Assembly: GCF_009914755.1 (NCBI RefSeq)
Contig: NC_060931.1
Strand: one strand, 5' to 3'
Source: the human T2T-CHM13v2.0 reference genome, Homo sapiens
DNA length: 64,000 nucleotides
Shown in pieces: positions 38,493-52,747 of the stretch. Under the pieces are notes generated by a model that saw only the letters and a program-made list of their open reading frames with translations, had not been told where the DNA came from and made no database searches. Position numbers and translations under genes: made by a program. Position 1 is the first letter of the stretch, and each line of letters begins with the position of its first letter.

Positions 38493-40266
38493 TGGGCAGC
38501 TTTGCAACCCCAGGCTCTAAGTGCACCATTCAAAGATGGTCCCTTGGGTCTGCTCATGCCTGGAGCATCCCATAATTTGACATTTCCAGGGGTAGGTTGC
38601 AATCTAAGGGTCAGAAGTACTGAGAAATAAGTTAGTCATGAAAATTAAGATTAAATATATAGATTTTTTAAGATAAACTTTTACTTGAAGGTTCAGGGAA
38701 GGTCATAATTGCTTATTATAAAATCATATAACATATGGAGTCTCCCATTCTCACCCCTACCCACAAACCTTCTGAAGTGGCAGGTTCTTCCAGAATAAGA
38801 TCCATATATAACTTGTCTGCCTGGAAAGCTAGGTCCTCTCTGACTGAATTTCATTTGTCACCCTTATAACACCAAGGTCGGACACCCATGCAAAATATGC
38901 ATCAAGGTTCTGCTATGCCCTGGGTTCTCGGACACAGAGGTGAACACTGTGTGAGGAAGGTCACATCTGGATCCCGCATGATTTATTCATCAAAGTATAC
39001 CAAATTGAAATCCTCTCATAAAATTATTCATATGTGAGTTAACAAATCTCTAAAACAGAGCAGAGCACACGGTCCATTGTGCCCTGTGTATGAAGAAGGG
39101 ACACAAAGCCAGTCTCAGCAGCAGAGAGATTTTCAGCAAGTCCTCCCTCCACCAGCCTCCTCCCCCATCACTGGATGAGGAGAAGGTTCCAGTCCTTCCC
39201 ACTGGTCCCTGAGAACAGGGAGAGCCGCCCTGTGTGGGGACACAGGTGAGCTCCTCTGCATATCTAGAAGGAAACCAGCGGCAGGGTGCAAAGAGAACTT
39301 CCAGTCCCCATGGAAAGGGTGGCCGGATGGACAGAGCGCTGCCTTTGAACTCTCTTCCTCGTTCCGCTCTGGCAGCCCATTTTCCTTTAGGCGTCTGACC
39401 CTGCTAATGGGGACTGAGTTTCCACGTTAAGTGAAGGGGTCACTGGGTCGGGCGGGCGCTGGCTTCTCTTCCTCCTGACAGATCCATAATTAGAAGGAGA
39501 CAGAGCATTCAAAGAGGAGTGTTGGCTCCAGGCACATCCTCGTCAGCCTGTCAAGCAGAAGCCTGTTCTCCATGAGCTATTTTGAGCCACCTTCTCAGCT
39601 GCATTTCTGATCTTCTCGGCCTGTGTCACCCTCCCCCACCCCATGGTCTTCCTCCCACCATGTCTCTGCTGTGACATCACTGAGGCACATGGGCTTGGCG
39701 GAGGGCTGGACAAAAAGGGCATTCTGTGCAAGATGCCTGGGGCTAATAGGAGCGGGGGGGCCTCCTGCCCCTGCCCCACACCTCCACCACCTCTGTTCCA
39801 GTGGAATCAGATGTAAGAATCAGAGGGCCTGGGCTGTTGACTCTGGGAGCAATTATGACCAGGGCCATGAGGTTCAACAGATTCCTCGCCTTGGAGAAAT
39901 AAAGGGTAATCACTCCTTAGAGAGGACGTCATGGTGGCGAAACTGGAATGCAGAGCAGGAGAGCATGGGCTTGGTCTCTGCCCAGGAGCTGCCCTGTAGG
40001 ATTTCCAGGCCCGGGCAAACCAGGTGGGATCATAAGGACCTATGCACACTCCAGGAGTCCCCAGTGCTCTACTGATCACTCCCTCTGCACCGCAGGTGCT
40101 CTACAAGCATGATTTCCTGTCCTGCTCATGGCAACTCTGAGAGGGAGAGACCATTGCATATGAGGAGGGGGTGTCTTCTCAAGACTCAGCCACCAAGGAT
40201 GTCCCATCTGGCCTCAGGTTCACAAGGTCTGGGTTCCTGGGGAAGCTGGGTTTGCTTGATCTGAGG

Positions 40267-40439
40267 CTGTGGTTCTCAAAGCGTGGTTCTGGCACATCGA
40301 CATCACTTTTTCAAAATCCAGATTCTCGGACTCCCTCCAGACCTACTGGATCAGACCCTCTAAGGGTGGAGCTCAACCGTCTGTGCTTCAAGGAGCACTG
40401 CAGGTGATGTGGATGCACCCCTAAGTTTGGGAACTGCTG
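40267..40439. mobile_element. MER5A-family MITE
   Basis: CTGTGGTTCTCAAAGCGTGGT...AAGTTTGGGAACTGCTG. Confidence 0.8.
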
Positions 40440-43400
40440 CCCAAAGGACACCTTTTTGTCGGCCCATAACATAAATCTCTAGGACAAGTCCAAATGCCCC
40501 CACTCCATGCCTTCCTGTAGGTGGAATCTGTCTCTTGAATCCAGCTCCAGCCTTACCCTTTTAGCACTCACCCCAGGCTGTTCTGGGGTCTCCCCATCAT
40601 TTTTGGGAATGCTCGCCCTCTCCCTGTCTCTGGTTCTTGGAATGAATTTTTATATCTTTATGTGTGTGTTTCCCTCATTTTACAAGAAGAGAGTGAGTGC
40701 CTCCTGTTTGTGCCCCCCAGGACTCTGCCCAAGGGTGCTCAGCCCTGTGCCTGCCAGGGCCCCAGGGGTCCAGTGGTTGTCACACACTGCCTGTGCAGAA
40801 ACCAGGGAGAATTGATTAAGCACCAGCCTTAATTGTGGCTGCACTGCCTGAGAGCTGGCAGCCAATTCCAGCTGCTTTTCCTCATCTGCATCATGGGCCT
40901 CCAGCTCCTTTGGATTTTTTTAAATTATCAAAATAATAACTCACAAGTCCTTTGCACCAGCCATTCTGAAGGGATAGAAGAACAAAGAGGAAACAAACGG
41001 GTTGACTCCTTGTCTCTGGGGGCCCTCAGGAAATCTGGTGATACTGATGATTCGTGGGGCCCCAAAAAGAAATGAAGGCTCCCAGGTTCTTGTCCTGCTG
41101 CCACTGAATCTTTATCTGGTGACCTAGGCCTGGTCATTCTGAGTCCCATGATGAAGATCTTCTGGTTACATAATAGGGAGGATTCCACATTAGGCAACAG
41201 GTATTTTTTGAGCTTAGAGAAGCCAGGTGCTGTCCTGAGCACCACGTACCCTGTCTAAGAGACCTTAACTCTTTAGAAGCGTGCTCTCCGTTGTGTGTTG
41301 AGAGCTGGCTGAAATCCAGAAAGTGCCACGGACATGCAGGAGGCAAGGGGAGGAGCACAGGGCAGATTTCCCTGGGCTGATTTTTAGGGAATGAGTGGGC
41401 ATTGTGAAGACGGAAGAGAGAGGGAACAGACTAGTATAAGGCACAGCCAGTGCAGAGCCACCGAGGTGGGAAGGACCTGGATTGTTTGGGGGCAGTGAGG
41501 TGCTCAATTTGGCTGGAGCTGAGTAGGGACATGGTGGGAAGAAGGTGAAGCTGGAGGGAGAGTCCCTCGCAGTGCTGGCCACCTTACATCAGGAGACCTC
41601 TGGGACACCAGCAGTGACCTAATCAATTGCTCACAGTGGCAGAGTAACCATCAGAATCAGGATTTCAAGCCTTTCCAGTAATCACTGAGTAAAATATAAC
41701 CCGCTCACCAGTGAGTGATCCAGAAGGGACAGAAACAGAGAAAGGGCGGAAAAGGTCCTCAAGCCTTAAAAATAAAACTTGTCTTCTGTCCTGTAGGAGT
41801 CCTGAGTACTTCTTTACCGCACACTTTAAAATGTGAAAATGTAAAGAAGTTGGCTAAGCCAGGGCATTGCACTGGGGATCCTGCCCAGGCCCCAACTGTG
41901 TCTGCATCTGGCTGTAGGAGGGGAGTGGCCCAAATGGGAACTCTTAGGGAAATGACATGGCTGGTCAATGGCTGAGTGTCCCAGCTGTGCTATGGGTCTG
42001 ATCTTGAATCTACTGGAATCACAAGGATGGACATGTCCAAGGTCACAGACAGCACCACTGACCCTGGCAGCCACCTGGTGAATGTGACCCTGTGCACCAT
42101 GTATCCCTACTTATCACAAAAGCAACATCTGTCATAAGGGGTTACAGGTGCTGCTTACAAACATAATAAATATGTTTTTCTAAATAAAGAAGGCTGACCA
42201 AGGGCAGGAACAAAGCAAAGTTACTCCTTTTACTATAACCTCCCTGGTCACCTTTGACTTCCAAGCCTGCCAGTCATTTTTCAAGGTTCAAGGCTCCATT
42301 CGTGTCAAGACAGAGTAGAGAGTGAGGGTGGGATGGGACAGTGGGGAGGGGCCGCTCAACCCTGGCAGTAGCAACAACTCCTTGGCCATGTTAATGAGCA
42401 GCTTTGTTCTGCATCACCTAGCTGTATAATAACAGCAGGAATTAATACAACCACAAATTAATAGCACAGAAGAGCAATCAGGAGGCAGAGATACATTCCT
42501 AATGGGCTCAGCTGAGAGCAGGAGGAAGATGGATATGGGAGCATCTCCCTGCCTTGGCCCCTGAACCTTGCCAGCTGGGGCTGGCAGAGGGGCTGAAACA
42601 CCGCTGCACACAGCCTCACCTTTGCCAAGGACAGAGGGTTTGGCTCTGCCAAGGGTAATCAGGGCCTGCAGCCTGTGCTGCAACCTCCACCTGCTCTTCC
42701 CAGTCAGAGCCACTGGCCCAGGAAGGAGCAAGACACACAGCTCTGCTGCTCAGGGACCTGGGGCATCAGGTCTGAGTCTTGCCCATGTCACTCCCCAGGG
42801 AAGGTGACAGCATCTCTCTCAATTGCTTTCCTCCAGATCCTGTGGTTATAGGGAGTGGTCAGGAGCAATTTTCTATTAGGTCCAAGTGAACAGCTCACTC
42901 AGCCATTGCATGTAATAATAACCTCAAAGTGCACAGTATTTTTCTTATAATAATTATAATGGTGGCTATTGCTCTCGGGCTTTCCTTCCAGGCCACCTCT
43001 CCAGGGGTCCCAAAGCACCAGCCCTCTGTCTCACCTGTCCCAAGCACTATGGTTGAAAGAGGTGATAGGCAGAACCAGTGTGCCCTGTGAGGTACAGGGC
43101 GGGTTCTATAGGATGGGGATTCTTGGTCCCATCCTCCCCATCCTACAGCCACTGCTGTGGCTAGAGACATTAATGCATCTGTGAGAAAGTGGAAGGGGCC
43201 CTTGAGTGTTGAGATCTGGGTCCTAGACCCTGCTCAGATAAGGCATCTGGACAACCTTGGACAAGGCACTGAACTTTCATGGACAATGTGTATATCATCT
43301 ATGTAAAATGCAAGCTCTGAATACACGACTTCTAAACTCCCTTCAAACACTCACATTTCATTAACAATAAAGTCATTGTTCACTAAGAGAACATTCTGAA

Positions 43401-43846
43401 GCCATCTGGAATTCTGCCTCTTTCCTCTGCCTTCTTGTACCTGTGAAGGGAGTGGAAGGAACCCATGGTGCCCACGTCGAGTGTGGAAAGAAGCCTGAGA
43501 TGTTTAGGCCACGGAATGGACATCATTTCAGTTGAAACTTTGGGCAATGCACTACCAGGGTCACAGCCTTTTCCTATAGTGTTTCTGGGACCTGTCCGCT
43601 CTGAAATCAGTGTGCTTCTTCTCCCCCACTGTCCTTTTGTGACTACTGGTCTTCATGGCTATGTTTGGAAGCAAGAACATCTCTATCAGGTCTTGTTTAA
43701 CTTGAGCCTTGTCCCGGCTGGCTGAGATGGTGCGAGCTAGGGAAGCCAGTGGGAAGGGCGGGAATCATCTATGGGAAGTTGGCCAAAATCTTACTAAGGA
43801 ACTGGGATTCCTAAATCCCTCACTGGGAGAATTTATTCCAGTATTA

Positions 43847-44168
<322 letters not shown>

Positions 44169-44189
44169 GGACAGGACATCCATGTTTAT

Positions 44190-44379
44190 AGACAACAGAA
44201 GTAAAAGTTCCACTTATCTATGACATGAATTCTGATATTTTCCCTTCTTTCTCACTCTCTCTCTTACTCTTTCTTGCTCTCTCTCACTCACTCACTCTAA
44301 AATAAAATGCTGTTTACAACCCACTAAACTGCTTTCATGACACATTAATGGGTCTCACCCTGCAATTTAAAAGTCACTG
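44190..44379. mobile_element. hAT-Charlie-type DNA transposon fragment
   Basis: ctgatattttc...acccactaaactgctttcatgacacattaatgggtctcaccctgcaatttaaaagtcactg. Confidence 0.6.
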
Positions 44380-45513
44380 GGTGAGATGCACTCCAAAGGA
44401 CATTCCTGGTTTCTGATGCTGTGGTCGGAAACTAGGATAGCAGCTCTCTGACTCCCTGACTCCTCCCCATCAACTTGTTGCCCTGCAGCGGCCATCCCTG
44501 TGTGTGGCTAGTGGGGAATTTGTGGGAAGGGGTCTCCACAACTGGGGCTTGTTGAGGGACTCCCACCCAATGACAATTTGGCACAGGTATGCAGAGTAAT
44601 AATGGGCTCTCCCAGCTCCCCTCCATGCTGCACCTACTCCCAGCTCTGAGCTGGAGCTCCCGTGCATCTTCAGCCAGGAAGAGGAAGAGGGAGGTGGGGA
44701 GGTGGGAAGGTAGCAACAAGCACCAGGCAACCATGAGTAATCTAGGCCAGTGCCAGTGCCAGGGGAGGTGTGATGGGAGGCACCTGGGCCTCCTCCCCTG
44801 ACTCCTGCTGCTGCTGACAGCCCCACTGGGAGCTGCAATGGTGCTCTTAATTGTGCCTGCTCCTCAGCTGCTGGAGGGACACGGCCACTGTGGGGTGCAA
44901 TCCAGGAGGTGTCTGGGTTTGGAGGGGTGCTTCTACCAGAGGGCAGGGCTGCCAAAAGATGAGAGGCAAGGCTTGGGGCACCCCAAGAGACAGTCCTGAG
45001 AAAGAGACATCATTCCCCTTCAGTGAGGAAAATCAGCTCCGGGCCCCACTTCCCAAGGGTCCTGTGGGGATAAGACACTTCCAAAGCTTTGTCATAGGCC
45101 TTGTCTTATAAACACTGCCAGCAACGCTTTTGAGCGGGAGGGACTCATTCCAACCACCAGCCCTGCTGATTTTTTCTCTCTCTTCTTTCTACACAGGAAA
45201 ACTTACCTTCCTCTCCGGGGTCCTGGAAGACCTACTTCTCCATGTTTATAAGGTCCTTTGAACAAAGCAGCATTTTGTACACATATTTAGCTGCTGTTGT
45301 TATGCTTATTAAATGTGTTTAATAATTGTGATGATTTTATAACATCTGTAACTTCTTTGTTTTACATTATATGTAATCTCCTTAATGGAACTCTGTAGCC
45401 CAGTGTAAAACACGGAAGCTGTAGGGAGGGGGAAATAGTCATATTTTTGCACAGAGAAGTCTCATGATTATATTCAAACAGAGGTGTCTCCTGGTGCTTT
45501 ATAAGATTTCAGA

Positions 45514-45905
<392 letters not shown>

Positions 45906-48900
45906 TGAGGAAGTCACAATTCAGGGCCTGCAAATGATATCTGGGCCAGAATCAGGACGGAACTTCATGGGTTAAACAACAAGGGGGAATGGCGGCCCCT
46001 AAAGCCCTTCTCCCATTCATGTGGATAATAGTTGTACTAGACATGAAACGCTCTTCCTTATATTTCTACCAACCTGCCCTCAGGCACCACACCACCTAGT
46101 GCCCAGAACATCGGCATTGAATGGCGCCATAACAAAAGACTCTCCCCAGGGTCTAATCATAAGATGATCAAACACTTTCATTCAAAATGCAGGACTGTAA
46201 GTTGCTTTTGCTGTTCTTTCAATTACCCAGAATGTCAGCATATCTACATTGACAGGTTAATATTTGGATGATGACTCTAAGCTCTGTGAAAATCCTGACT
46301 GCTTTCAAATAATTTTTTAAAAATTTATATTTGGCATAACTGTATTGTGAAGTCAAACTTGATACTCCTTAATCTTTTGACTATTTATCACCCTTGTACA
46401 AAATATATTGTTTGTGTTTCACCAAAATCTATTGTTTAGTGACTCCCAAGACTTTATTCTCTAAGCACAGTCTTCATAGCTGAGCAGTTTTGTACAGCAA
46501 CCTTCACAGGGCTCGTGAGCCATATCAGAAATTAGGATTCTAGGGAGGATGAACAATATGAACATTTTGATTCTGGAGGGAGGACACTAAATAAACAGCA
46601 TCTCTTTTCTGTAATAAGGGGCATGATTTAATGACTGCTAAAATCTATTCTATAATGCTATGACTCAGAAGCCTCTGTTCTCTGCCAGAGGTTGTTTGTT
46701 CCCAAGTCCTACCTCCTCTTCCCACTGCCCCAAATCACTAGAGTTCATTCTCCTTCAATGAGTTAGCCTTGTTTGCTAATTTTCAAGTATTTTCATTCTG
46801 GGGCTCCCTGGGCCAAAATAGAACACCCCCACCCCCGGCACCGGCCTTTTTAGCTTTAAAGCTCAAGGTCATCCTATATTAAATTGATGCGTTCTGACAT
46901 TATCCATGAAATGACGAGTTTCTACTCAGGAAACAAAGACATCATTGTTTGTTCTTATTCAAACCATCAACGAATATGAGTTCATGGCATCTCCATGCTC
47001 CTAGAGCTCTTCGAAGACAGGAAAAGGCAAGGAGACTTCCAGAAAACACATTACCAAAGATGAGAGACTGGCTCAATGAAGAACTAAAGCTAACCCATGC
47101 ACCTGGATCTGCAGGTCTGTCCTCTGTGTTGCCACCTTGTCTCAAGACCTTTTTCCCATTCTAGGAGGGAAGTGGGGGCCTGCTGGTGGTCTCCCCCAAC
47201 CAGCATGTGCCATTTGGCAAGACCACCAGAGTTGCTGGGCTACTGTCTGCTGAGAATGAAGGAACCATCAGTAGAGAGATGAACAGCCTCCCAGTCTGGG
47301 AAAGAAGTTGCCAGAACTTAGAGGAATGATAGCAGAGCTGACATATTCTCTGTCATCTGCTTGCCCTACCATGGATGGCAAGATTCAAGGCCCCAGCTGA
47401 GAAGAATAACAAGGAAAGCCATGTTCTTATGGAAATAGCTTCTGCTCTCTAAGTATTCTAGTCCACACCAACTCTGTTTCTGGAGTTAAGATTTAATTAG
47501 CTTCATTAGTAGTATAAATAAGAATGTTAATGGCTCTGCTTCATTCACAGTGACTGATGGCTTAACTCCCATTGAGCTAATGGGTTTTAGTCACATCCCG
47601 AATCAAGGTGCTGAGCATCTGATCCAGGCAACACACATCTTTGTCCTGGTTTTTCCAGAGTAGTCTTTCCAAAGTTTTCACATTGTATATCCTGATATGG
47701 GGGTTCAGAAATTATGGGTACTATTATGTGCATCCATAACCTCTTCCTACTTGGTACTTAGCCTGATCTCAAAACCCCACCTGCTTTGCCTTTCTCTCTC
47801 CTCTAGAGATATTCCAGAACAGAAGAGTTTTCCTAGGCAACAAAAGAGATGGGGAAGGAGCACTTATTGAGCATCTACTATGTGCTAGGTGCTTGGTTCC
47901 AGAACCTCAGAGGGTGGCCACCACCACCCCCCACTCTATACACAAAGAAGCTAAGGTCAGAGACAAGGGAGCGAATCACTAGCAAAGCTGGGATTTGAAC
48001 ACAGAACATTCAGGCTGCAAAGCTCTCTTCACCAAAACATCTTGCTTTTCAGCAAAAACACTTGAGCAACTGGTTGCTTTCTCATTGTTCTGTGAATGTT
48101 CCTCTGATGCCCTTGACCAAAATACACACTCCATGAGGGTAGCAGCCAAGCCTCTGCTGACTAATTAACTCCTATAGTTAAAAGCCAATTCAAACAGCCA
48201 CTCTGCTTCTGCGTGGACTTTGTTTCCTACCACTTCTAGCTTCCTGCTCTGTTCACTCCCATCACACCCAGGAAATCTGGAACTTGGAGCCAACAAAAGC
48301 TGCCTCTCTCAATCCACTTTGCTGTTGTAATAACAAACCATAAAATTAACTAAATTTCACCGCGGTGTAATGTGCTGCATAAAAGCGGTGGCAATGTGTC
48401 CGCAGGGCAAAGGAACATTCCACTGAAATCAGTTTCTCTTTATTGCATTGCCAACATTCAATAATTTCTCCCCCATAAAGGCAGGGAGAATGGCATGAGC
48501 CAAAATAGAATGGACACTTGCAAACGTGCTGTAGATACCTGTGCATGTGTGCAGCTATGTGCAAATAAAAACTGGCAAGTCACATGCACATGCATGTTCA
48601 TACACACTTCCCATGTCCACACATGTCCCCTGGCTGTGGAAGCACATCAAATTGTGCACATGAATACTCAGATGCATGCACAGAAATACATGGCTAAAAC
48701 AGCGCACATATACCTGTGTTGTGCACATTCATACTTGTTCAACACAGGTGTGCAAATGGGAAGTCATATGGAGAAGGTTGTGCTTTATTGTCTTTCGTAT
48801 AAATGCCACCAGTAAAGCCCTCCTGGAATTCCGCAGTCAACTACACCCTAGTTGCAGCACATTAAGCCCATTTCTAAGAAACAACGTTTACAAACTAGAT

Positions 48901-51900
48901 GTTAAATGCTGGAACATTCTCTTCCTATTGCTGAGAAAAGACAGCCAAGGTAGCTTCAGTAGTTTTGGCAGGCTTGGCTTTGTCCAAAATGACACAACCA
49001 GACCATGTTCAAAAAAAGAGCAGGGCATAATGAGCTTAAGGGAGTATGAGGCTCTCCTTGTAACATATTTCCAGGCTGGGTAAAATGTGCCTTGCTCACT
49101 CAAGGGTCTTTTCTTGAACTTTTGGAGAAAACAGAAAGCCACTCCCAGTAGCTGGGTGAGTCACAGACTAATGGGATTTGCCTTTGCCCAGCCCAGTTAT
49201 GGAAGAACAAGGAAGTTCTGCTGACTGTCTGCTCTAAGTTTTTCCTGGGGCAAATTTAGGTTCATCTTCTCTTGTGGTGGGGAAGGCAGTTGCTGTCACA
49301 CTCTCATATCTACACTGTAGAGCGCTGTTATATACTCACTCTCAACTTGGGCAAGGTCCTCTCTGAAATTCACTATGACTTTCATCCTCTATGAAACTCA
49401 TATTCTCAGATGCATACTGTGCTGAGGGTATGCTCTTAAAATTTCCAATTTCTGAAAGGACCGCAGGATGGAAGGCTATTTTGTGTCTTGTAAAAAGCAC
49501 TGGATCAGGAATCAGGAGAACTGGGTCCACACTAGTTCTGCCACCGGCACAGGAGCCGTGAACAGACTCAAATTCCTCTCGGCCTCTAAATGCGTAGATG
49601 AAACTTTAGTGTGTCAGTGAGCTCCCCCAAACTTATGACTCCAAAATGTTTTAAAATCCACTGATGAAAGGCAAATGCCAATCTTGCTTTTATGAAAAAC
49701 AGCACACAAAAAAGAATACCTCTGACGTTGTCAAAGCCAGCCAACTATTAAGTCTAGATGTAATATGATGTCAGTAAAAATGAGTTGTTCCACACTTTCA
49801 GGACAAATTGTCTCAAAAATGCTGCCAGTGCAGTAATTACTCAGATATTTACACAGTGATTAACATTTTCACCCTTCAAATCATATGAGGATGTTCTATA
49901 GACAGCCAGATATCTTCTAATCTAGCCTGGAATGTCTTGTAGAAGAGTCACAATGCTCAACATTCAATAAATAATTACTTAGTGACCACATTATAAATAT
50001 CAGGAGGTGGATGGTGGTCTGTGGGGATGCAGCACTGAATAAAAGACAGGACCTGCCCTCAAATAATAACTGTGGGAACTGACAACCCCAACCACCCACT
50101 TCCCTCGTCAGGTACCCATCCTCTGGACAGGAAAATGGTTCTTGTCTTCTCCAGGAAGACAAATTTCTGGGCTGCAGCAGTATCCTAAAGTTATGGAGGA
50201 AGTATGGCTCAACTCACTGCTGGCGAGATGACACAGACCACCTAGCACTGTTTTCCATGACAATTCCTTTCAGGAAACTGTGATGACTGAAGAGGAGGAA
50301 TGGAAGCCCATGGACCCATCCAAGATGAGATGCAGCTTCTTCCAGAATGGCAAGGAGTCTGAGAAAGAGAAGGTCCCCACAAGGTCTCTTCTGGCTCAAG
50401 TGATTATTCCGCTAGTAAATTACAGGGTAAATGGCATTCTTGCCATTTCACAGACCACACAAACTGAGACTCCGCAAAACATAATGATTAACATCTGCAA
50501 TCACAGAACCTTTGAGCCAGGCTAAATGTTAGAGATTTTTCTACCTACCTCTCATTTTGTAAGTAACAACACCTATGCCAGAGATGTGACTTGGCCTATA
50601 CTGCCTCATCCCCCATCTAATGTTTCTTACCACACCAGGCCAGTAAAGACTACATGAAAGTTTATCTCTGGAAATAAATCTTGCAACTTAAATTTAACAC
50701 CAGTTCTCAGTCACATATTCTACAGAGCAGTTTTCCAAATTTTATCACATGAAAAGATTTGTTTTAATAAAATCATTGAACTAGAGATTCCTTCCATTTC
50801 TCCTTGCCAAGATATTTACTGTGTACCTACCATATGCAAGGCATCAATAAAAAAGGGAAAAGAGTGTTCCATTTTGTGAAAAGTAGCAATTATGAATGCA
50901 TTTTCTCCTATGTAAATACATGAATAAACCTTAATATAACCTCTCTCCCCCTGTTCTCTCCTTGCCCCACCCTGGATACAATAATTGTAAATGTTTAGGC
51001 CTGAATTTTCCATCTTTTTAGGTTAGGATGGAATATTCAGGGGCCCCCACACTTAGTTTAGGTGCCGAGTGACCTAGCATGCCTGTATTCAGGACTTATT
51101 ATGATTAGATTATAGAATATTTGATTTTAACTGGAAGTTTCTTTATAAAAAGGCCTCTAAGGGTTCTTATGTAAAAGGACCTAGCACAGAAGCTGAACCT
51201 AATAATGAAGATATTTTTAACCAAAGACACTGTAATCTACACACACAGCATATAAAACAATATAGATCCAGACTGAAAATACTCACTCAGCATCCCTGCC
51301 TAGCTAGCCATAGCAGGGAAATGGGTATATTGTAGAATTATGGGCCCAACAGATCTCATTATTTTTTACATTCTCTAGGTCTCATTCACAATCTTTGCTT
51401 TTGACCAGTCCCTGAGGGAGTCTGTGGCAGTTGAGACAGAGACTCAGTGGATTGGACTCCACGTACATCCTTAGTGCCCTGGTTGGAATTAAAGGGTTGA
51501 GGGTCTAAGGAAAATTGTACCAAACACTCCTCCCATCCCTCTTCACTGTATTGCTTATTAAAGTTTAAGACTGGATAAAAAATCAACTTCATGGACTGGT
51601 CTGAAGGAAAACAAGATACAGAGGATGTGTGAAAAGAGCAGAGGGCACTGTTGCTAGGCAACCAAGCCTGGTCCACCAAGGAGGGGCAAGGCTTCCAAGG
51701 CACCTGGATGTAAATGACCTCAGATACTTCTAAGCATCAGTTGGTGGAATCTCCAGATCCTCTGTCACCTTCTACCTTCCTGTCCCTGTCCCCACTGAAG
51801 AGTGAGCTGTGAATTTAGTGTACACCAAGGACAGCTTTATTCAATGGAGAGAAGCAGAAAAGAGGGGCATAATGGAGAAGGGGAGGACACAAAAGAGATG

Positions 51901-51997
51901 GGAAAGAGCACAAGAGAATTGGGAAATTGGAAACAATAAAGAACCTCTCTCTGCAGCATTATCCATCCTGCAAGTCCAGTTTTCTGCCTAGGTTGTT

Positions 51998-52265
51998 TCT
52001 CATGCCCAGGCTAGAGTGCAGTGATGTGATCTCAGCTCACTGCAACCTCTGCCTCCTAGGTTCAAGAGATTCTTGTGCCTCAGTCTCCTGAGTAGCTGGG
52101 ATTACAGACATGTGCCACCACGCCTGGCTAATTTTTGTATTTTTATTAGAGACGGGGTTTCACCATGTTGGCCAGGCTGGTCTTGAACTCAACATCCTCA
52201 GGTGATCTGCCTGCCTCAGCCTCCCAAAGTGCTATGATTACAGGCATGAGTCACCACACTTGGCC
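51998..52265 (-). mobile_element. AluS lacking its poly-A tail
   Basis: The dimer body is present but there is no T-run. TSD-like TCT[G/T]CCTAGGTT[G/C]TT at 51983-51997 and 52266-52280. Confidence 0.9.
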
Positions 52266-52566
52266 TCTTCCTAGGTTCTTAACTCATCCTGCAGAACCCA
52301 TAGCAGCTATGCACAGACAGAACCAGTCTTGGAGGAAGCTGTAGAACATTTCGAGGGGCATGAGGTTTAGAACTGACCCCTATCCAGGCCCTACCCCTGA
52401 ATGACTGCTAAGAGTTGGGGAGACTCATAACCTCCATCAGAACTGAATTCTATCTGAGGATAATTGGGCATTTACTTACTAACACTGAACAAGTTACTAG
52501 AATGGCACAGAAACAATAGCAACATGAAGGGTTTTCTCCAACCCTTGGGTTTTGCAGCCTTTAACA

Positions 52567-52747
52567 CACCATATTTTATCTAATCTAAGGCACCAATTGT
52601 ACAGCACACTATAATTTTATGTACTACTAAGAAAGAAAAAAAGGCCGGCAATTAACTATGACAATACATTGATTGTAAGAAGCATTCAATTTCAGAGATG
52701 TTAGATTGTGAGGGAAAAATGTGTCTTAGAATTGCTAATATATAGTA
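52567..52747. mobile_element. TcMar/Tigger-like MITE
   Basis: Imperfect terminal inverted repeats accatattttatctaatctaaggcac ... gtgtcttagaattgctaatatatagta. Confidence 0.55.

Noticed and set aside
38119-38630. Overlapping F/L/P/S-rich and R/K/E/G-rich ORFs
   Set aside because: Artefacts of the GA-rich low-complexity tract.
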